A stretch of DNA of 37,949 bases from Pachysolen tannophilus NRRL Y-2460 (lineage: Eukaryota). The stretch spans positions 1-37,949 of the forward strand of contig KV454019.1 of assembly GCA_001661245.1 (NCBI GenBank). The letters are read 5' to 3'. The position numbers were made by a program, and so were the translations under genes. The notes under the pieces are model-generated. The model did not search any database and was not told where the DNA came from. It saw only the letters and a list, made by a program, of their open reading frames with translations. Numbering within the stretch: position 1 is the first letter of the stretch; each line of letters starts with the position of its first letter. Positions 31,970 through 37,949 of this stretch are shown piece by piece.

Positions 31970-33442
31970 ATGTTTAAGTTATTTTGGCCCTTAACACATT
32001 TAAATTCTCCAACTTTAACTATTCCGAATTATTTACAAGGAGAAGAGGAAGATTCAATTGATTTACAAATTAAATCATTAACTTATATGTACAAAAGATT
32101 TCAAATAGATAAGTTGAACCCTTTTTTAACTGTATCAGAAAATGAAGGACATAAATTAAGTTTAGAAAATGCTATAGATGAAGATACAGAAAATGATTTA
32201 AAAAGTAAAGAGCAACAAGAGAATTATTTTAGTACAACAAGTGATAAATTGGATATAATTTATAATAAATCACGATTTGAAGAACAATTAATTAATGATG
32301 AATATAGAATATTAATTGATTATATTAAAAATAAATTTAGATCATTTTTAATATTAAGTGATAAACCAAAAGAGATGAAGGAAATCCCATCATTAACAAA
32401 TAACTCTAATACTTTTAAATTTACAATCTTGGAACCGGATTCTTCGGATGATAAATATATTGATGTTTTACTCAATAAGAGTAATTTTTATGTTGAACAC
32501 AATATTGATGTGGGTGTTAAATTAGATATAATAACTTCTGTATTATCAAATCAAAGAAGACTCAAATCTGAATTTGATAAAAATGATAGATCACTAATAG
32601 TCAGAAAATATTTACAAAAATTAGCATTTCATGTCCAGGTTGACAGAATTTTTAAAGCTTCTTTAAAATCAAATGAAAGAATTTCAGTACCAAATGAAGA
32701 AATGTCAAATTCGATTTTACGAAATGGCAACTTAAATTCTCGTAAATTAACTTCAAAACCATCAATAATCAAGTTGCTGCCAAAAGAGAATTCATACGTA
32801 TCTAAACCAGTTCCATTATTTCCAACTAGTTCCACAGTTAGATATCAAAGTCCATCAAGAAGAGGGGTATCAGTATCTCCTGAAAGACCGAAACTGCCAT
32901 TAAAAGGCAATAGAGATGTTATAATCAATAGTAATTTAATGAAAACATCGTCATCCACAAGGGAAGATAGTTCTCAACAAGAACAACTGGAAAATCAAAA
33001 GACTTTGAAGCCTTGTAGCTCATTATCAAACTTGAATGCTCAGAATCTTGAGTACGATTCTTCTATTTTGCCGAAATCAGATAAATCATCGAGATCACCA
33101 AGCCCATCACGAGTTAAACCTTCAATTAGATCACTTAAGAAAAAACAGTCACAATCAATTTTGAAATTTGATAAAGCCTTTCAGCAAAATACTTCCTTGA
33201 GTACTATTCCTTCAACACCTTGTATTCCTTCAACACCTTGCAGTATTCGAAGAAACTCAAGTAATAGTACCGACAATTTTTCCGAAGAAAGTAATAGTAA
33301 TCTGGGTGGTTATATGTATGATTCTCAAGGTATTGGAATTGCCATATCTGATCAAGAAAGGGAATCAATTTATGAGCAAAGTCGTTTGGCAGTTAGAATC
33401 AGAATTGAAAGGGAACTGGCTGAACTTCGAGTTTCGGATTAA
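31970..33442 (+). CDS. Uncharacterised protein with helical N-terminal half and Ser-rich, SP/TP-containing C-terminal half
   Basis: 490-codon ORF. No family recognised. Confidence 0.75.
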   Translation: MFKLFWPLTHLNSPTLTIPNYLQGEEEDSIDLQIKSLTYMYKRFQIDKLNPFLTVSENEGHKLSLENAIDEDTENDLKSKEQQENYFSTTSDKLDIIYNKSRFEEQLINDEYRILIDYIKNKFRSFLILSDKPKEMKEIPSLTNNSNTFKFTILEPDSSDDKYIDVLLNKSNFYVEHNIDVGVKLDIITSVLSNQRRLKSEFDKNDRSLIVRKYLQKLAFHVQVDRIFKASLKSNERISVPNEEMSNSILRNGNLNSRKLTSKPSIIKLLPKENSYVSKPVPLFPTSSTVRYQSPSRRGVSVSPERPKLPLKGNRDVIINSNLMKTSSSTREDSSQQEQLENQKTLKPCSSLSNLNAQNLEYDSSILPKSDKSSRSPSPSRVKPSIRSLKKKQSQSILKFDKAFQQNTSLSTIPSTPCIPSTPCSIRRNSSNSTDNFSEESNSNLGGYMYDSQGIGIAISDQERESIYEQSRLAVRIRIERELAELRVSD

Positions 33443-34368
33443 AGTATGATTTATTCTTATTTACACAATGGATTTATCAATGATAAGAAGTTTATTATTA
33501 TTATTATTATTTTTTATTTTCACTTAATATTCTATTTTTCCACCAAGACTATTTCAAGATATTTTATCAGAACGCGCTGCATTAAAGTCGAAATAAGGTA
33601 AGGTAACCTTCATATTACCATTTTGTATAATTTTATTTACTAGGCATTTTTTTATTATCATTATATTATTATTATTTTTATTATTATTGTTTTATGATCT
33701 CTTAACAAGAACATTCATTATATTCATTTTTATTCCACTTTGAATTTTTTATCTTTTTTTTATTTGTTGCATTCAGAATATATTTGTTAGATATGAATAA
33801 CAATAAAAATCCCAAACTCTTCATATATCAAAGGATTTGAGTAACAATCAAGTCAAAGGTTTTTCCATTTTTTTCTTAGAAAGAAAGCGTCGAGAGAAAC
33901 ATAAAAACATCTAGTGGCTCAGCTTACAGGAAAAACTTCATATTCTCATAAAATTTTTGAATAATCTTTCTTGTCAGTTCCCTTAATTCTTAAGGCAGCT
34001 AAATATTTGTAAATGCTCGAGTTTATTGTAAAATATAGTTCATAATATACAGAAGATTTCAATAGTTAACGTATGTCACAAAATTCATTGACACATTGAA
34101 ATTGCGATGAAACTTGAATATTTTGATTATCCGATAAATATTATATTTACTCTTCAAAAAGAACTGATTTTAAAGGTTTTTTTAGATAAAACAAAAATCC
34201 CAACTCCTGCTCATTACTGTAATTTCTAATTTGAAATCCTGGAGATAAAAGCACACTGTTTGTTATAAATAAGAAAAAAATGAAAAGAAAGAAAAAATTT
34301 CTCCTTTAGAACTTTCTTTAAACAGCACACAGATATATTAATTCGATTATTAACTTTATCGGGGTTCT

Positions 34369-36285
34369 CTAAGCAAGTAGTGCCTTAATTTTTGTTCTTT
34401 CATGCTTAATCCAAACTCTAAAGTCTTCACCTGGATTATTGTTGTTTGTAATAAAATAAGGTATAAATTTACAAGTAAGTCCATTCATTTTAGTAAGTAG
34501 GGAATAATAATTCACACCATTCTTATCTTCAGAATGAAGAGTAAACGTTGTATCGGAACTTATCGCAACTTCATCCAAGGTTCCGTCGCCATCATAATCA
34601 GATTCTTGAATAGCGTAAATAAAAGGTCCTCTTTTAATAGCTAGCTTGTTTTCGTTAGCTGAAACATTAGGATTTGGGTTGATAATCTCAACATTAATAT
34701 CAAATTCAAGAATGATTTTATTATTCCACACCTTAGGAGCAAAAAAAATATATCCATCAGCAATTTTGTAGTGAGTATCGGATATAAATAGTTTCTCACT
34801 GTCTGGTTTTCTGATTGCTAATATTAAAGGCTTTGAAGTAGTAATATCTATTATAACTTTGCCTTGCATAGGATATTCTGAAATAACTTTCAATTTAATA
34901 TCTCCGTAAGGTTCTTTAAGTTTTGTTTCATAAACTCCGCCTATGAAAAAATTTATAGCTATCAAGTGGTCCTTCAAGGTGAAAAGATAATCTTCCAAAT
35001 TATTGAACAACCTAGAAACATTAGGGGGGCAACAACTACATGAAAACCATTTTTGACGTTTCAACCTTGCGCTTCCAGTTATTGGTTGATTATAATAAAA
35101 TGCTGTTCCATCCAATGACACTGCACCAAGAACATTATTATATAAAGCACGTTCCATAACTTGAGCTACTTCACCTTTCAAACTGCTCATTAGAATCTGC
35201 CTTCCTAAAAAAAGCACACCGCAAGATGCACATGTTTCAGAGTAGCCATCCCATCTCAATTCAAAAGGCGTTCCAAATCCTTCCCACTTTCCGATTGATC
35301 CAATACCACCATGAATGTACATTTTTTTCTCCACCATATCTCTCCATAAAGTCCAAACTGCATTTTCTAAGCTGATGTCATTCTTAATACGAGCAAGACC
35401 TTGAGCACCAGCCAAATAATAAGTTGCACGCACACAATGTCCTTTAATCTCCTTCAATTCTCTGATTGGAGCTTCCGCTTGGTGGTACCAATAAGATCGA
35501 GGTTCTGGATATGCAGTGTTGTATATTTCCTCATTAGCAGCAGTCCTTAAATGTTCGGTGGCCTCAGTATTATCACAAAAAATAAGAGAATATGGGTTTA
35601 TACCACGTTCAAATGCTTCATCGTCAAAAAATTTACCACCCTCATACCCTCTTTGTTCGATAAAGTAATTCAACAATGTGAGATATCTTTCAACAGGACG
35701 AAATTCGTATAACTTGACTAATGCTAATTCAATTTCTTCATGACCAGGGTAACCATGTATTTGGCCTTCACCAGGACCGAAAACTATGCAAAGTAAATCA
35801 ATGTATCTGCACATTATTTTTAAAAATTTTTCAGATTTAGTTGCCTTACAATGGGCAATAGCAGCTTCTAATAGATGTCCACAACAATACAATTCATGCA
35901 TCCAACAAATATTAGTGAAACGCTTTCCCGGCTCAACCACTGTATAATAAGTATTTATGTATCCATCATTGTGCTGTGCCTTCCTCAACATATGAATTGC
36001 TTCATTTATCCATTTCAAGTACTGTTCATATAACTTTGAATTCTTATCTAAATATTTTAGTCCAAGACAAAGGCTTTCCACAAACTTTGCAATATCAGAA
36101 TCCCAGAAATGATGAGGTTTAGGAATTCCATTACCTTCCTTATATATCAATTTCAAAGAGTCCCATCTTCCTGTTTTCTTTAAGAGGTCGAACATTGAGG
36201 GTAGCGTCGCCGTTCTTATCACCGAAATTCGAGAATTCCAAAACACATCATCAATATACTTCGTTGTTACTGAATTTGCTTCCAT
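34369..36285 (-). CDS. Glycoside hydrolase family 127 (DUF1680) beta-L-arabinofuranosidase-like protein (638 aa)
   Basis: FWDSD.AK..E, HELYC.GHL.EAA, YPGHEEIELAL, GH.VRA.Y, EGF, Y.ETCAS, MER.LYN and WF.C.CCPPN. ATG at 36285, no signal peptide. Confidence 0.9.
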   Translation of the reverse strand: MEANSVTTKYIDDVFWNSRISVIRTATLPSMFDLLKKTGRWDSLKLIYKEGNGIPKPHHFWDSDIAKFVESLCLGLKYLDKNSKLYEQYLKWINEAIHMLRKAQHNDGYINTYYTVVEPGKRFTNICWMHELYCCGHLLEAAIAHCKATKSEKFLKIMCRYIDLLCIVFGPGEGQIHGYPGHEEIELALVKLYEFRPVERYLTLLNYFIEQRGYEGGKFFDDEAFERGINPYSLIFCDNTEATEHLRTAANEEIYNTAYPEPRSYWYHQAEAPIRELKEIKGHCVRATYYLAGAQGLARIKNDISLENAVWTLWRDMVEKKMYIHGGIGSIGKWEGFGTPFELRWDGYSETCASCGVLFLGRQILMSSLKGEVAQVMERALYNNVLGAVSLDGTAFYYNQPITGSARLKRQKWFSCSCCPPNVSRLFNNLEDYLFTLKDHLIAINFFIGGVYETKLKEPYGDIKLKVISEYPMQGKVIIDITTSKPLILAIRKPDSEKLFISDTHYKIADGYIFFAPKVWNNKIILEFDINVEIINPNPNVSANENKLAIKRGPFIYAIQESDYDGDGTLDEVAISSDTTFTLHSEDKNGVNYYSLLTKMNGLTCKFIPYFITNNNNPGEDFRVWIKHERTKIKALLA

Positions 36286-37800
36286 GGCTAATGACTTGGG
36301 ATCAGAAAAATTGTAAATACTTCTGAATGTAAACCGATTAATGTATATATATACATATATATACATATATACAAAGCTTTATGCATCTCTTGCCTATCTG
36401 AGATAACTCCACCGCAGAGTTAGCTCTGGGATTTATTGAAACAATTCAGTTCTGCCCACCCGTGATTTGTAAATTTTTAACTAAATACATTATGAGAGCA
36501 CTCTTATCTATGTGAATAATTTCCAGTTCTTGATTAACATAAAAGAAGTCTTAAAAACAAAACTAATGAGTCAGCTCAAGGAAGAGACAGCGTACCTTCA
36601 TTTCGCTCATAGTTAAATCAAATTGGAATATAGTAGTGTATATCTTATGTTGAAGACCAACCTAGCAGAAGAATAAATCAAAGAACACCTATCGTTTAAT
36701 CTTAAGCAGGTGGTGATAAATATTACTGTGATTTACCATTTGTGAAATTAAAGTACGAAAAAAGTCATATACAATGTGATTATCTCTTAGATTGATCTTT
36801 TAGATAAACACTATCTAAACACTATTTAATACGGCGATAATGACAAAAGTAGCAAAAACAACATCATTTATAAAATACAATATCGATTGTAGTAAAGATT
36901 CAACATGCTCTAATATGATGAACCTTCACATCTTTTACTGTGAAGATGAAGTGTATGAAAGATTTAACAACAGATACATAATATACCGTAAATGTGGAGC
37001 TCAGCTATGATATCCCAAAATTAAAAGAAATTGTTCCTATAGCTTTGAGAATAAGTTCATATTGGCATGAACAAACCAGATTTTGAGATAGGAATAATGA
37101 TATAGGAACAAAGTGATTGATAGATTATTAAAATGTTTCTTTCCGTGGTCAATTGAAGTACTTTAAAAAGGTATCTGTGGTGCAAGTGGTGTAAGGTGTA
37201 AACAATTTGTGAAGGGAACAGATTTGACTTTTTCACAATAATGGAAAGAAAAAATGAAAGAATTCTTCTTATAACTAGTCACATTTCTTTGAATTTAAAT
37301 AGAAAATCATTTATAACAATCAAAGACTGAATAGTCAATGTAGTATTGAAAGCTGACATTTTACTTAAAAGGTTCGAAATCGTGAGTACCACGAAAAAGA
37401 AGAAAAAACAAAAAAATAATGAACTTTACAAAAGTGTTTAATTTTCATTGTAGTAAACGAAAATCTGAAATCACCAGCAAAAGGAATGATATGATGGAGC
37501 ATTTGCTAAAGTTCAAAACGAAACCATCAATATATCTATCAAACATTGTTAGACTAAGTTGATTATCAGCCCTTACTGCTTTATCTTACATGCAGTTCAA
37601 TGCAGTGTACAGTATAGAAATAAAGATAATAGAATCAATTAATAAAAAATATATTAGCCTTAGCTTACTGAACAAAAAGGAACATGGATCCTTTGATGAA
37701 TATTTTGCTATATATGGGATTCTCAGCTCTGTTGATCCGAACTTACCAAGTGTTGTTCACAAAAGTAAAGGGAACCATCAATCACGACTATAAAGGAAAA

Positions 37801-37949
37801 GTGGTGTGAGTGGTGTGAGTGGTGTGAGTGGTGTGAGTGGTGTGAGTGGTGTGAGTGGTGTGAGTGGTGTGAGTGGTGTGAGTGGTGTGAGTGGTGTGAG
37901 TGGTGTGAGTGGTGTGAGTGGTGTGAGTGGTGTGAGTGGTGTGAGTGGT
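37801..37949 (+). repeat. Probable telomere: (GTGGTGTGA)n, about 16.5 perfect copies running to the window end
   Basis: Homogeneous G-rich 9-mer oriented 5'->3' towards the sequence end, with a GGTGT core typical of yeast telomeres. Confidence 0.88.

Noticed and set aside
37371..37381. tRNA or Pol III B-box (GGTTCGAAATC)
   Set aside because: Imperfect match with no cloverleaf or A-box. No tRNA or rRNA was recognised anywhere in the window.

Overview
AT-rich, gene-dense budding-yeast (Saccharomycotina) chromosome arm that ends in a telomere-like (GTGGTGTGA)n array at 37801-37949 and contains four N gaps. Gene order: GCD2(-), MRP13(-), SCP1(+, intron), PEX22(-), RAD17(+), RPS12(-), complex I PSST/NDUFS7(-), SLX9(-, intron, partly in a gap), TOM20(+), GCV3(+), SNC(+), MYO2(-, intron), a frameshifted CSN2-like PCI gene(-), TUP1(+), an MNN4-like LicD gene(+), two uncharacterised ORFs(+) and a subtelomeric GH127 beta-L-arabinofuranosidase-like gene(-). 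The strongest signal is a non-standard genetic code. CTG codons sit at two Ala positions in the Snc SNARE, at non-Leu positions in Myo2 and inside Q-rich tracts, which points to CUG=Ala (Pachysolen/Nakazawaea/Peterozyma-type lineage), so the supplied translations are probably wrong at CTG. Other leads: a -1 frameshift at a canonical A_AAU_UUU heptamer in the CSN2-like gene (recoding or a homopolymer error), telomere-like 9-mer repeats upstream of GCV3, overlapping SCP1/PEX22 3' ends, a Tbf1-like palindrome at RPS12 and the cytosolic GH127. All homology calls come from recalled motifs, not database searches.
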